NCBI GenBank assembly: GCA_963828735.1
Contig: CAWHFW010000005.1
Coordinates: forward strand, 2,528,001 to 2,592,000
Direction: 5' to 3'
From: an uncultured Gemmatimonadales bacterium
Lineage (GTDB): Bacteria; Gemmatimonadota; Gemmatimonadetes; Gemmatimonadales; GWC2-71-9
DNA: 64,000 bases
Both the position numbers and the translations under genes were made by a program. The notes beneath the pieces are model-generated. The model worked only from the letters and a program-made list of their open reading frames with translations, did no database searches and was not told where the DNA came from. Shown here in pieces: positions 10,099-19,949 of the stretch. Numbering within the stretch: position 1 is the stretch's first letter; each line of letters starts with the position of its first letter.

Positions 10099-10577
10099 AC
10101 TGGAGGGACTGGTTGCTGTGGAGCTTCGTGGCCACGCTGGCGCTCACCTCGGTGATGGCCGGGAGCCAGGGTCTCCGCCTCACGCGGATGAATCTCCCCT
10201 ACATGCTGGGCTCGATATTCACCCCCAACCGAGACCGGGCCAAGGTGATCGGCTTCTGCGTCCATATGTTGGACGGGTGGATCTTCTCGCTGGCTTATGT
10301 CGCCGCGTTCAACGCCTGGGGGCGCGCAACCTGGTGGGCGGGCGCGGCCATCGGACTGGTCCAGGCGGTCTTTGTGCTGACCGTGGTGATGAGCCTGTTA
10401 CCGAGCTTTCACCCGCGCATGGCCAGCGAGCAGAAAGGGCCTACCGTCACCCGTCAGCTCGAGCCACCCGGGTTCCTGGCACTCAACTATGGCTACCAGA
10501 CGCCGGTCTCCGTGCTGATCGCGCATCTGATCTATGGTGGCATTCTGGGAGCGTTCTACTCGGTGGCGGGGAGGTGA
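10095..10577 (+). CDS. Hypothetical 4-TM membrane protein coupled to GH15
   Basis: ATGA overlap with the GH15 stop; hydrophobic helices; HPRMASE...EPPGF motif. Confidence 0.8.
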   Translation: MNWRDWLLWSFVATLALTSVMAGSQGLRLTRMNLPYMLGSIFTPNRDRAKVIGFCVHMLDGWIFSLAYVAAFNAWGRATWWAGAAIGLVQAVFVLTVVMSLLPSFHPRMASEQKGPTVTRQLEPPGFLALNYGYQTPVSVLIAHLIYGGILGAFYSVAGR

Positions 10578-10852
10578 AGCGCTTCAAGCGGGCGCGCCTG
10601 CTGACACGAGCTCTTACCAACCTGCCTTGGGGTAGAGCGACGGGCTAGGTGGACGGCGCCGGAGGTTCGGGGCAGCCACATCCCGGCAGCGGGTGGCGCG
10701 AACTCACTCAAATCGTTGTAGGCCGCTGGAGTTCTGGTGCCTACAGCGACCCCTATGGATCACCTCCTGTCCGGTTCGGATGCCGGAATGCGATTACTCC
10801 GCACAAGCCATCATCGCGTCGGAGTGACCTCAAACCGGCAGGAGGTGTGTCC

Positions 10853-11401
10853 ATGTTCAGCGAAACCCGTTTTCCCCTGCGCGCACTCGTAGCGGCTGTT
10901 CTGATCCTCGGAGCGGCCGGCTGCGAGTCCCAAGGCCCGACCGCAGCCAACACACCCGACCTCAAGGGCAAGGGAAACGGCAGCCCGCCCAGCAAGCTGC
11001 TGGCCGTCTCGCCCGACTATTCGTCGTTCCCCTCACCGCTGGTGCTGGAGGGTGGCTCCTTCAGCTATGACTTGGATATCGTGAACGGCCATCAGGAAAC
11101 GGACGAGGTCTGGGTCGAAGTGAGGGTAGAGCAGGGTGGCACCTTCACAGCCCCGGCGGTCTGGCGTCAGCTCGACAGCTTTCACGCGAGCTGCGGTCTG
11201 GGCGATGGCGTCGTCCCCCGCAACTCGACATGTCCGATGACGCGCACCGGCTCGGTCTCGAACTCGGCGCCCGGTTCCGGAACCCTCGTGCCAAGCAATG
11301 GCACGGACACCTGGATCGCAACCTACTGGTACCAGGGATTCGCCGCGCCAGTGCGGCTCGGCTTCACCTTCAGGGGGATCACACTCGTCGCGGCACAGTG
11401 A
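10853..11401 (+). CDS. Hypothetical lipoprotein
   Basis: GGAGGT SD; lipobox-like LILGAAGC. Confidence 0.7.
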   Translation: MFSETRFPLRALVAAVLILGAAGCESQGPTAANTPDLKGKGNGSPPSKLLAVSPDYSSFPSPLVLEGGSFSYDLDIVNGHQETDEVWVEVRVEQGGTFTAPAVWRQLDSFHASCGLGDGVVPRNSTCPMTRTGSVSNSAPGSGTLVPSNGTDTWIATYWYQGFAAPVRLGFTFRGITLVAAQ

Positions 11402-11449
11402 CAGGCTCCGCGTGCTTCGCGCCGGGTCGCCGTCCGCTATAGATCCTGC

Positions 11450-11953
11450 ATGGCCCGGTGCAGGAGCAGGCGCGCGTTCCGCCAGTGTCGGCGGATCGTG
11501 CGCCCCGGCGATCGGCGGCTCGAGCTCGCGATCGCCTTCAACGGGCTCGGCGTGCTGCACGCCGAGCGGGGCGATCACCGGAAAGCGGCGAGGTGGCTCG
11601 GGCGGTCGGCCACGCTCAAGTGGCGGGCAGCTGGTCCGGCGCACACCAGTCTCGCCGTGACGTTACACAACCTGGCATTGGTGCTCGACCGCTGCGGCGA
11701 GCCTAGCAGGGCGGCGGAGCTTCATAGGAGGGCACTGCGCATCTTCGAGCGCTTGCTGGGGCCCGAGCACGAACAGACCCGGCGATGCCGGCGCACTCGT
11801 CCGTTTCAAACTCCACCACACCATCCTCACGGAGGGACATATGACCGAGCACACCACTCCCGCCACCCTGCGCATGACCTTGACTCCTGCGCAGAAGGCC
11901 CAGGTCCGCGCACTGCTGAACCGCGACGCGGAAGAGATCGAGCTCACGATTGA
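11450..11953 (+). CDS. Small TPR protein (kinesin-light-chain/TPR_12-like repeats), possibly truncated
   Basis: LAIAFNGLGVLHAERG...; LAVTLHNLALVL...RALRIFERLLGPEH. The 3' end overlaps the next ORF. Confidence 0.6.
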   Translation: MARCRSRRAFRQCRRIVRPGDRRLELAIAFNGLGVLHAERGDHRKAARWLGRSATLKWRAAGPAHTSLAVTLHNLALVLDRCGEPSRAAELHRRALRIFERLLGPEHEQTRRCRRTRPFQTPPHHPHGGTYDRAHHSRHPAHDLDSCAEGPGPRTAEPRRGRDRAHD

Positions 11954-12026
11954 GGAGCTGGAGGAGCGGATCGCGCCCAGGTTGGCAGCCAACCACAACG
12001 AGCCGATGTTGGACCGGCTGGCATAG
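11841..12026 (+). CDS. 61-aa RiPP precursor-like peptide (EELEERIAP leader, NHNE core)
   Basis: Strong GGAGG SD before the ATG; acidic leader ...ELTIEELEERIAP, then RLAANHNEPMLDRLA. Confidence 0.7.
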   Translation: MTEHTTPATLRMTLTPAQKAQVRALLNRDAEEIELTIEELEERIAPRLAANHNEPMLDRLA

Positions 12027-12168
12027 CGACTCCTCGAGGTGGCGAAGAGTGCTTCGCGGTCGGGCCTTGTCGTCTTCACCACCCCTGGGCGTACTGCTGT
12101 ATCTTGCCAGGTCGAATGACGACAGCGAGTCGATTTCCAGATCCTGACGATGAGCGTCTGCGCTCTAC

Positions 12169-13197
12169 GTGCCGGGCGACGTGAGGGCGATCGTCCTCGA
12201 CCGGCACGGCCGCCCCGACGTGCTGCGCGTTCGCACGGTTCCCGACCCGACGCCCGGTCCGGGGGAGGTCCGGGTGCGGGTCGAGGCGATCGGTGTGAAC
12301 TTCGCCGAGGTCCTCTCCCGCAAGGGGCGGTACGGCTGGGCGCCGCCGATTCCGTACACGCCCGGCATGGAGGCGACGGGAACCATCGAGCTGCTCGGCC
12401 CCGGCGTCGAGCAACGCGCGATCGGCGAGCGGGTCATTGTCGGCGCGCAGTACGGGGCATATGCGGAGAAAATGGTGGTACCGGCGCGGCAGGCGCTGCC
12501 CGCCATCGCCGACTATTCGATCGAGGAAAACGCCGCGATCGCGGTGAACTACCTGACGGCGTGGGTCGCGCTCATCGAGATGGCACGGCTCCGCCCAACC
12601 GACCGCGTCCTCGTCACCGCCGCTGCGGGGGGTGTCGGCACCGCGGCCATTCAGATCGCGACGCGCTTCGGCTGTGCCACGGTGGGGCTGGCCGGGAGCG
12701 ACGCGAAGCTCGAGGCGATCCGCGCGCTCGGTGCAGAGTCGGCCGTGAACTACCGCCGCGCCGACTTCGAGGAGCGACTTCGAGCGGCTGCCGGGCGCGA
12801 TCGTTTCGACGTGGTGCTGGAGACGGTTGGCGGTGAGGTCCTCCGCGCGGTTTGGCCGGTCCTCGCTCCGTTCGGCCGGGTGGTGGTCGCCGGGTTCGCG
12901 AGCCTCAACCTGCAGTGGTGGAACCCGCTCTCCTGGCTCCGCACCTGGCGCGATCTCCCCAGGGCCGACATCCGAACCCTCGCACCGGCATCGCACGGCC
13001 TCTTGGCGACGCACATCGGCTACCTGCTTGCCGACCCGCCGCGGCTCGCGCGGGTTTGGGACGCCCTGATGGCGTTCGTCGGGGCGCACGGAATCCGGCC
13101 GGTGGTGGGAGCGACCTTTGCCTTCGAAGACATGGGGGAGGCGCATCGACTCATGGAGTCGCGGCGGAGCGTGGGGAAGATCGTGGTACGGGTGTGA
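12169..13197 (+). CDS. MDR-superfamily NADPH:quinone oxidoreductase (VAT-1-like)
   Basis: GVNFAE, PGMEATG, AAAGGVG, ESRRSVGKIVV. Confidence 0.9.
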   Translation: MPGDVRAIVLDRHGRPDVLRVRTVPDPTPGPGEVRVRVEAIGVNFAEVLSRKGRYGWAPPIPYTPGMEATGTIELLGPGVEQRAIGERVIVGAQYGAYAEKMVVPARQALPAIADYSIEENAAIAVNYLTAWVALIEMARLRPTDRVLVTAAAGGVGTAAIQIATRFGCATVGLAGSDAKLEAIRALGAESAVNYRRADFEERLRAAAGRDRFDVVLETVGGEVLRAVWPVLAPFGRVVVAGFASLNLQWWNPLSWLRTWRDLPRADIRTLAPASHGLLATHIGYLLADPPRLARVWDALMAFVGAHGIRPVVGATFAFEDMGEAHRLMESRRSVGKIVVRV

Positions 13198-13363
13198 GGC
13201 GCGTAGCGCTCCGTCAGGACTCGGCGTGGCAAACGGGCGCATTTGAGAAAGCAGGTCCGGGCTAGCCGGCGCTCTCGCGCCCGCCCATGCCCGGCTGGAA
13301 GCGCTCGAAGACCAACCGTCGGCGTCTAGGGATACCAGGCGACCGACGAGGGTTAGACAGGGG

Positions 13364-14368
13364 TCAGATCAACACGTCTTCCACGGGCCGCCGCGGAGTG
13401 TGGTGTCCCTCTTCCCTCGACGAAAACCCCACCCGGAACAGGTGCTGCGGTGTCCACGATAGCGAAGGGAGCAGTTCCCCTACTGCGGCCCTCAGCTCCG
13501 GATGCCGCATGGTCTGGCTCATCGGATGGATGCTCACCCCCATCGCAGTTGCCGTGAGCCATACCCGCTCGAAGAGCTGCCCGGCCCGCACATGAACTAC
13601 GTGGCTATCGCCTGTGGCGCTAATGAGACCCAGCAACGCGGCGCTCTCCACGATCGCGTGGTCCTGTCGAGCCACCGGCTCGGCCAGATTTACTCGGGAA
13701 ACCACAGCCCGTCCCAGCCGCGCCATCACCGGCGGCGTGCCGAACGCTCCTTGCCCGATCCAGTAGCTCAGCTCTTTCCGGAATGCCGGGTCGGCGAACT
13801 CTAGCCGGTCGGCCTCACGTGTGAGCGCGCTGATCCAGCGGCGGAAATGACGGTCGTCGGTCAGGTGGAGCTGCAGATCCGGCTCCACAGCGCACGCCAT
13901 CAGTCGCACTCGCAGCTGCTCCGGCACCGGCGCGGTGCGAAACACTCCATTGTCATTGTGGCGCCGAAGGAGCGCCGCCACTGTCGCACCCAAACGGGCC
14001 TCGGACGGCGCCCCGCCGGGCGCGAAGGTCACGGTTGCCACCAGCTCGGCATGTCCCTGCTCGGGAAAGTACGTGATCCCATGCCGGAAGCCGAAGTGCT
14101 CGGCTGCCACCAACAGGTTCTCCAGCGCACAGCCTAGGCTGACGTACAGCTCGCGCCGGTTGGGATCCGCGATCGACTGACCCCGCCTGAAGTCGGCGAT
14201 GAGATGGATCCGGTTCCCTTGAACCGAGAAGGCCCAGGGCTGGCTGTTTCTGGTCGAAGGGGCCAGGATGGCATAGCGGAGCAGGAAACGGAGCTGGGCC
14301 TCGATGGGCGAGCTTCCTGGGAAGTCGTGCTCGGACACTTCCCACATGTCTTTCCTCGGAGCGGACAT
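13364..14368 (-). CDS. Acg family FMN-binding nitroreductase-like protein
   Basis: AILAPSTRNSQPW, SLGCALENL, AGQLFERVWLTAT, TPRRPVEDV. Confidence 0.88.
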   Translation of the reverse strand: MSAPRKDMWEVSEHDFPGSSPIEAQLRFLLRYAILAPSTRNSQPWAFSVQGNRIHLIADFRRGQSIADPNRRELYVSLGCALENLLVAAEHFGFRHGITYFPEQGHAELVATVTFAPGGAPSEARLGATVAALLRRHNDNGVFRTAPVPEQLRVRLMACAVEPDLQLHLTDDRHFRRWISALTREADRLEFADPAFRKELSYWIGQGAFGTPPVMARLGRAVVSRVNLAEPVARQDHAIVESAALLGLISATGDSHVVHVRAGQLFERVWLTATAMGVSIHPMSQTMRHPELRAAVGELLPSLSWTPQHLFRVGFSSREEGHHTPRRPVEDVLI

Positions 14369-14497
14369 AAGGCACCTCCAAGCACCGTGCTTCAATCTTG
14401 GCTGGGCATGGTGATGCGGGGATGAAAACCGGGTGAAGCTGAGTTCAATCTTGTCAGGCTGCCGCGGGGCCGCAGGCAACTGGACTGGACGGTAGCC

Positions 14498-14705
14498 GAC
14501 ATCCGTTACGCCCTGTGGGCGCTGCGGCACAGTCCCTGGTTCGAGCGCGGTGGTCGTGACAACCCTGGCGCTAGGCCTTGGGGCCAACACCGCGATCTTC
14601 AGGGTCGTCCGGCGGTACTGACGTACGAGCTCGGGATGAAACGAATCGGCAGCGATCCCGCCATCGTGGGCAACCAATTGACGCTGGATAGGAAGCCGGT
14701 CATGG
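14498..14705 (+). pseudogene. Remnant of an ADOP/MacB-type ABC permease gene
   Basis: DIRYALWALRHSP, then TTLALGLGANTAIFRVV in a shifted frame, then VLTYELGMKRIGSDPAIVGNQLTLD after a deletion. Confidence 0.7.
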
Positions 14706-14739
14706 GTGAGCGCGCCCGGCTCACTTCGGCCCCGAGCGC

Positions 14740-16707
14740 TTAGCGCACGTGGATCGCCACGCTCACCGTGGGCGGCAGCGTGGGCCCGGGTGGCGAGCCC
14801 GATGGCGGTGGGGCGTCTGACGGGGGCGGAGGGCCGGCGGCCTGCGCAGGCGAGGGGGCAGGCGTTGGAGGCACCAATCCGAACCTGAGCGTCAGCTCCT
14901 GCGCGGTGGCCGGAGTGTACTCGAAATCGTAGATCTCCCCGGGATCGAACACGACCACCGCGGCGCGCGGAGCGCTCTGCGATGGAGGCAGCGGATATCC
15001 GTCCTTCGCCACCGGACGCCAGTCGATCGGCGCGTCGCCGGCGCTCAGTGAGACCTGCAGCGGCGAGTCGCCGGCGAGGTTGAACAGCCGCAAGCGGTAT
15101 CGGGTACCGGCCTTGAGATCCATCGCTTCCGGCTGCGTCTTCCCATTCATGACGAAGTTGGGGAAGGGGCCGAAGACCGGATTGGTGGCGGTGCCCGCCG
15201 TGCCGAAGAACAAGATCTTGTCCGTCACCGGATCGAAGCGCTCCCCGGGCTCCAGCACGATGATCGGCCCGTACAAGCCGCTTCCCATCTGCATCGCTTC
15301 GTTGAAGTGCGTGTGGTACATGAACGAGCCGGCACGCGGCGGCGTCCAGCGGACCGTGAGCGAGTCGCCCGGAGCGATGGACGGAAGAATGGACTTCCCC
15401 GACCCGCTCCATCCCGGCACCCCATCCGGATAGCTCTCGAGCTCTATGCCGTGCCAGTGGACCGCGGCGGGTTCCTGGGACGTGTTGACGAGCGTGACCG
15501 CGACGCGCTTGTTCCGCTCGAGCAGGAGCAGTGGCCCCGGCACGGGCAACGCGGTGGAATCCCCCGCCTCGGGTGTGCCGTCGAGGACGTACGACATGCC
15601 GGCCTGTGATCCGTAGACGTTCGCCCGCTCGCGCAGGACGATCCGCAGGGCGCGCGGCGTCTCCGTCGACGCCAGGTTCGGCCCCTTGGGCGCGATGTTG
15701 ATTCCCATCACGAGCCCGAACATCTGGTGCGGACGATCGGACATGTGATGATCCAGCATGCCGGCGTCCAGCTCGCCGTTCTCCGTGTCCAGCTCGACCA
15801 GCTTCGAGAGATGCGTGGCGTAGTGGCAGTGATAGATCCAGTTCCCCGGCCGCGCCGCGGCCCAGGACAGCGACATGGTGCTGAACGGCTGGAGGATCTC
15901 CGTGACACCCATCCGCCGCTGCTCCGGGGTGTAGATCGAGTCCGCCAACCCGTTGCCCTTCGAGTCGGTGCGGAAGTAGAAGCCGTGGAGGTGCATGGGG
16001 TGATCGAGCTCGGTGAGATTGACCACCCGCCAGTGCACCGAGTCGCCCTGCGTGTAGCTCAAGCGCTCCGTGTGCGGCCAGGAGAGCCCATTGATCGCCA
16101 TGGTGCACCGGCTCAATCCCGACGGGCTCGACGGCGCCACCGCGCACCACCAGGAGATCGCGAAGATGCGGTCGGCCGGCTTGCGCGGCGCGTCCGGCGG
16201 GTCCACGACGATGACGCCGTGGAGCTGCATGTCCTCGGCGAGCCGGAGGCCACTCGGATCGACCCCGCGCTTTGCGTAGTAGTAATACGTCCCCGGCGCG
16301 GTCGCCTTGAGCTGGAGCGGCGCCGTGCCGTTCACCGGGATGGTGACCGAGTCCGGCTGCCCCTGCACCTTGCCGAAGCCGTAGACGGTGAGCGGCCTGT
16401 CCAGCCGATTTCGAACGGTCGCGCGGATCTCGGTGCCCTGCGGGACGCGAATGACGGGGCCGGGTGTGGAGAGCGCCTTGCCCGACTCCCCGAACGCGGC
16501 CACGTCGAGGCCACGGCCGCTGTCACCATCGGGCCGCCACACGCCGGTTCGCGCCTCGATCGCGACGGTCAGGACCCCGTGCTCGAGAGTACCGCTGGGC
16601 CGGCGGTTGTCGTTGGGGAGGATGCGATCGGCCGCGGGCGGCCGCGCCGACGCGGTCGCGAGGGACCCGAGAGCGACCAGCGCGGCGTATGCGATCCACT
16701 TCGGCAT
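14740..16707 (-). CDS. Secreted multicopper oxidase with four cupredoxin domains
   Basis: Signal peptide; HPMHLHG, WIYHCHYATH, VHWHG, FMYHTH; Pro-rich tail. Confidence 0.9.
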   Translation of the reverse strand: MPKWIAYAALVALGSLATASARPPAADRILPNDNRRPSGTLEHGVLTVAIEARTGVWRPDGDSGRGLDVAAFGESGKALSTPGPVIRVPQGTEIRATVRNRLDRPLTVYGFGKVQGQPDSVTIPVNGTAPLQLKATAPGTYYYYAKRGVDPSGLRLAEDMQLHGVIVVDPPDAPRKPADRIFAISWWCAVAPSSPSGLSRCTMAINGLSWPHTERLSYTQGDSVHWRVVNLTELDHPMHLHGFYFRTDSKGNGLADSIYTPEQRRMGVTEILQPFSTMSLSWAAARPGNWIYHCHYATHLSKLVELDTENGELDAGMLDHHMSDRPHQMFGLVMGINIAPKGPNLASTETPRALRIVLRERANVYGSQAGMSYVLDGTPEAGDSTALPVPGPLLLLERNKRVAVTLVNTSQEPAAVHWHGIELESYPDGVPGWSGSGKSILPSIAPGDSLTVRWTPPRAGSFMYHTHFNEAMQMGSGLYGPIIVLEPGERFDPVTDKILFFGTAGTATNPVFGPFPNFVMNGKTQPEAMDLKAGTRYRLRLFNLAGDSPLQVSLSAGDAPIDWRPVAKDGYPLPPSQSAPRAAVVVFDPGEIYDFEYTPATAQELTLRFGLVPPTPAPSPAQAAGPPPPSDAPPPSGSPPGPTLPPTVSVAIHVR

Positions 16708-16972
16708 TGAGGCATTCCTCGCGTGAGTGGACCGGAGGCGGCGTGGTCGCGCGCTACGGCGATGTCGGACCCGCCACGAGCGCGGCGGTCGGGGTCGATT
16801 GCGCTGCGTAACACTGCAGCGAGTTGGCTTGTTGGGAGGCTGTGATTGCAAGATGGAGCCAAATGCGGGGTCTCGCCAGTCGAGCACCAGGCGCCGGGAT
16901 GTATCGGAGGTCACGTTTGCCGACCCCGGAAAGCGGACAGCCCTCGCCTCCTGCGCGAGCACTGCGCTCGGC

Positions 16973-17857
16973 TCACGGGTGCCGTTTCGAGCCCCGAGTA
17001 GCGATGCGCGTCTCCGCCGCGGCCCAGCCCGCTTCGAGCGGATGCCCGGGCCGGTCGAGATCGATCACCAGCGGCGCATGGTCGGAAGGGGTCGGCTTGC
17101 CTTTCCGGGCCTCGCGATCGATCTCCGCCCAGACGGTGCGTTCGGCCAGCGCGCGCGTCACCAGCAGATGGTCGATCCGCATCCCGAAATTCTTGTGAAA
17201 GGCGCCGGCCTGATAATCCCACCAGGTGTAGCGACCGGGCTCGGCGTGGTGGAGCCGGTAGGCGTCCATTAGTCCCCAGCGGCCGAGCCGGGCGAACGCG
17301 TCTCGCTCCGCCGGCGAGACGTGGGTACCACCGTGACACGCCTCGGGATCCCAGACGTCCCGGTCCTCGGGCGCGATGTTGAAGTCCCCGCCGATCACGA
17401 GGACCCCGCCTGGATCGGCCGCCGCCTCGAGCCAGTGGACCAACCGGTCGTACCAGGCGAGCTTGGCCGCATAGAACCGCGAACCGACCGTCCGCCCGTT
17501 CGGTGCGTACAAGCACACCACGCGCACGCCGCCGCAGGTGGCCGCCATCATCCGCGCCTCGGCCAAGGGCTCGTCGTCTCCGACTTCGGGCGTCGGGTCC
17601 GCCCGGAGCGGCTCGCCGAAGTTGGTGACCACGTCCTCCACAGGTAAGCGGCTCGCGATCGCGACGCCGTTCCATTGCCCCTGCCCGTAGTGCGCCAGCT
17701 CGTAGCCGGCGTCGCGAAGCGCGGCGGCCGGCGCGGCGCCGTCGGCGAGCTTGGTCTCCTGCAGCAGCAGCACGTCCGGCCGGGCCCGCTCCAGCCACCA
17801 GAGCACCTTCTCAAGCCGCGCCTTGAGCGAGTTCACGTTCCATGTGGCGATGCGCAC
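16973..17857 (-). CDS. xth: Exodeoxyribonuclease III
   Basis: IATWNVNS, LQETK, WNGVAI, YAPNG, GDFNIAP, YTWWDY, RIDH, PSDHAP. Confidence 0.95.
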   Translation of the reverse strand: MRIATWNVNSLKARLEKVLWWLERARPDVLLLQETKLADGAAPAAALRDAGYELAHYGQGQWNGVAIASRLPVEDVVTNFGEPLRADPTPEVGDDEPLAEARMMAATCGGVRVVCLYAPNGRTVGSRFYAAKLAWYDRLVHWLEAAADPGGVLVIGGDFNIAPEDRDVWDPEACHGGTHVSPAERDAFARLGRWGLMDAYRLHHAEPGRYTWWDYQAGAFHKNFGMRIDHLLVTRALAERTVWAEIDREARKGKPTPSDHAPLVIDLDRPGHPLEAGWAAAETRIATRGSKRHP

Positions 17858-17860
17858 CGT

Positions 17861-18595
17861 CTACCCCACGACGAGCCCGACGTCGAATCGCGCAGCGTAG
17901 CCCTCGTCCGCTTGCGTCGGGGCCAGCAGCAGCTGCCCTCCACCGCGGGCGAAGATCTCGTCGTCCGCGTTCCGGTCGCGGCGCTTTCCTTTGGCCGCGT
18001 ACGGCGCCTTGGAATGGACCTGGGACGTCAGCTCGTCATCGAAGTAAAGCTGGGAGGTGAACTCGTGTCCCCGCTCCGCTCCCGGATCGGTGCGGACCTT
18101 GAAATGGATGTGCACGGTCCGGCCGGCGTACCACCCGGGATAGATCGTTCGGAAACGGGCCTCCCCCCTGGCATCGGTGATCTGATAGCCCCGAAGGAAA
18201 CGCTGCCCGACGGTGTTGAACCCGGGATCTTCGACGTCGGAGTACACTCCCGCCGCATCGCAGTGCCAGATGTCTACGTGGGCGCCGGCCAGGGGGGCGC
18301 AGGCTCCCTGGTCGAGCCGGGACAGGACAAAGGTGAGCGCCAGCGGTGTCCCTTCCTTCACCACGCCGCTCTTGGGATCGGCCCGGATGTCGGACCGGTT
18401 GAGCTTCTCGTCGACGAAGTAGGGACCCGCGGTCTGCTCGGGGCGGACGACGCATCCCGGAGCCGGTCGCCCTGTTGTCGGCCAGGCGAGGCCGGGAGTA
18501 GTGCGGCCCAGCAGCGCGAGGCCGGACACGCCAAGCACCGCGAGTGCCTCTCGGCGAGTCAGCACTCGTCCTACCGGTGAGTCGTCGCGATCCAT
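17861..18595 (-). CDS. Tat-exported intradiol ring-cleavage dioxygenase-like protein
   Basis: TRREAL Tat motif, GPYF, VDIWHCDAAGVYS, YPGWYAGRTVHIH. Confidence 0.9.
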   Translation of the reverse strand: MDRDDSPVGRVLTRREALAVLGVSGLALLGRTTPGLAWPTTGRPAPGCVVRPEQTAGPYFVDEKLNRSDIRADPKSGVVKEGTPLALTFVLSRLDQGACAPLAGAHVDIWHCDAAGVYSDVEDPGFNTVGQRFLRGYQITDARGEARFRTIYPGWYAGRTVHIHFKVRTDPGAERGHEFTSQLYFDDELTSQVHSKAPYAAKGKRRDRNADDEIFARGGGQLLLAPTQADEGYAARFDVGLVVG

Positions 18596-18821
18596 GCGAT
18601 TCCTCCAGGAAGGCTGTGAAGGTTGAACGGTCTCACCTGACGTCGTCGGACCGGAAAGGTAATGCTTGGCCCACCGGCCGAGTGACCATGAAAGCGAACG
18701 CGCGACTAGATATCATGGGTGTCGGAAGGTCACGGCGGACCAGCAGCGCTGACCCTCGAACCCGTGGTTCCCGTCAGTGGCCGGCGACATCGTCACCAGG
18801 ACTGAGGAAGGATTGCTTCAC

Positions 18822-19853
18822 ATGCGTGCAACCGTCATGTACAGTGCTGGCGACGTGAGGGTAGAAACGGTCCCGGATGCCCATCTCACCGAGCCAACCG
18901 ACGCCCTCCTCATCGTCACGCGGGCCTGCATCTGCGGCAGCGATCTGTGGCCATACAAGTCGATGGCGCCGAACGAAAAAGGCCGGCGCATGGGACATGA
19001 GTTCATCGGCGTCGTCGAGGAGGTTGGAGCTGAGGTCCGCACGATCAAGCCGGGCGACCTGGTTGTCGCTCCCTTCGCCTGGTCGGACGGCACCTGTGTG
19101 TTCTGCCGTGAGGGACTGCAGACCTCCTGTCTCCACGGTGGCTGGTGGGGCGGGGACCTCGACGGAGGCCAGGGCGAGGCGGTGCGGGTCCCACAGGCGG
19201 ACGGGACGCTCGTCGTGCTGCCTGTGGACCGCGACGATGCGCTGATGCCGTCGCTCCTCACGCTTTCAGACGTCATGGGAACCGGCCACCATGCAGCCCT
19301 CGCGGCAAAGGTCGGCCCCGGCAGGAGCGTGGCCGTGGTGGGCGACGGCGCGGTCGGTCTGTGCGGTGTGATCGCCGCCCGCCGGCTGGGCGCCGAGCAA
19401 ATCCTCTTGCTGGGCCGTCATCCGGACCGGATCGCGCTGGCGAAGGAGTTCGGGGCGACGGACATCGTCAGCGAGCGGGGCGAGGAAGCGATTCAGCGCG
19501 TGCGTGATCTCACCGGCGGCCTCGGCGCACACTCCGTTCTCGAATGCGTGGGCCTCGAGCAGTCGACCGTCACCGCGCTCAGCATCGCCCGTGCGGGCGG
19601 TGCGGTCGGCCGCGTCGGCGTTCCCCAGGAAGGGTCGATTCCGGCGGCGATACCGACCTTCTTCGGCAACATCACCATCGGCGGCGGGCCGGCTCCGGCT
19701 CGCGCCTATATCGAGGAGCTCCTGCCGGACGTGCTGCAGGGGCGGATCACTCCGGGCCGGGTGTTCGACCGCACCACCGACCTGGAGGGGGTACCGGATG
19801 GCTACCGGGCCATGGATGCGCGCGAGGCCATCAAGGTGCTGATCGATTTTTGA
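18822..19853 (+). CDS. Zinc-dependent alcohol dehydrogenase
   Basis: CICGSD, GHEFIG, DGTCVFCREG...SC, GDGAVG. Confidence 0.93.
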   Translation: MRATVMYSAGDVRVETVPDAHLTEPTDALLIVTRACICGSDLWPYKSMAPNEKGRRMGHEFIGVVEEVGAEVRTIKPGDLVVAPFAWSDGTCVFCREGLQTSCLHGGWWGGDLDGGQGEAVRVPQADGTLVVLPVDRDDALMPSLLTLSDVMGTGHHAALAAKVGPGRSVAVVGDGAVGLCGVIAARRLGAEQILLLGRHPDRIALAKEFGATDIVSERGEEAIQRVRDLTGGLGAHSVLECVGLEQSTVTALSIARAGGAVGRVGVPQEGSIPAAIPTFFGNITIGGGPAPARAYIEELLPDVLQGRITPGRVFDRTTDLEGVPDGYRAMDAREAIKVLIDF

Positions 19854-19949
19854 TCGCATTGACGGAAGGGCACCAACTGGAAGCGCCACGTCAGCGTACC
19901 TGGTGTGGCGCTCGTATTGACGGGCGGATGCGGGACGGCGAGTGCCGTC

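Noticed and set aside
13364..16150. 928-aa ORF suggesting a giant nitroreductase fusion
   Set aside because: Only the last 334 aa are protein-like. The rest is an off-frame reading of the multicopper oxidase gene and intergenic DNA.
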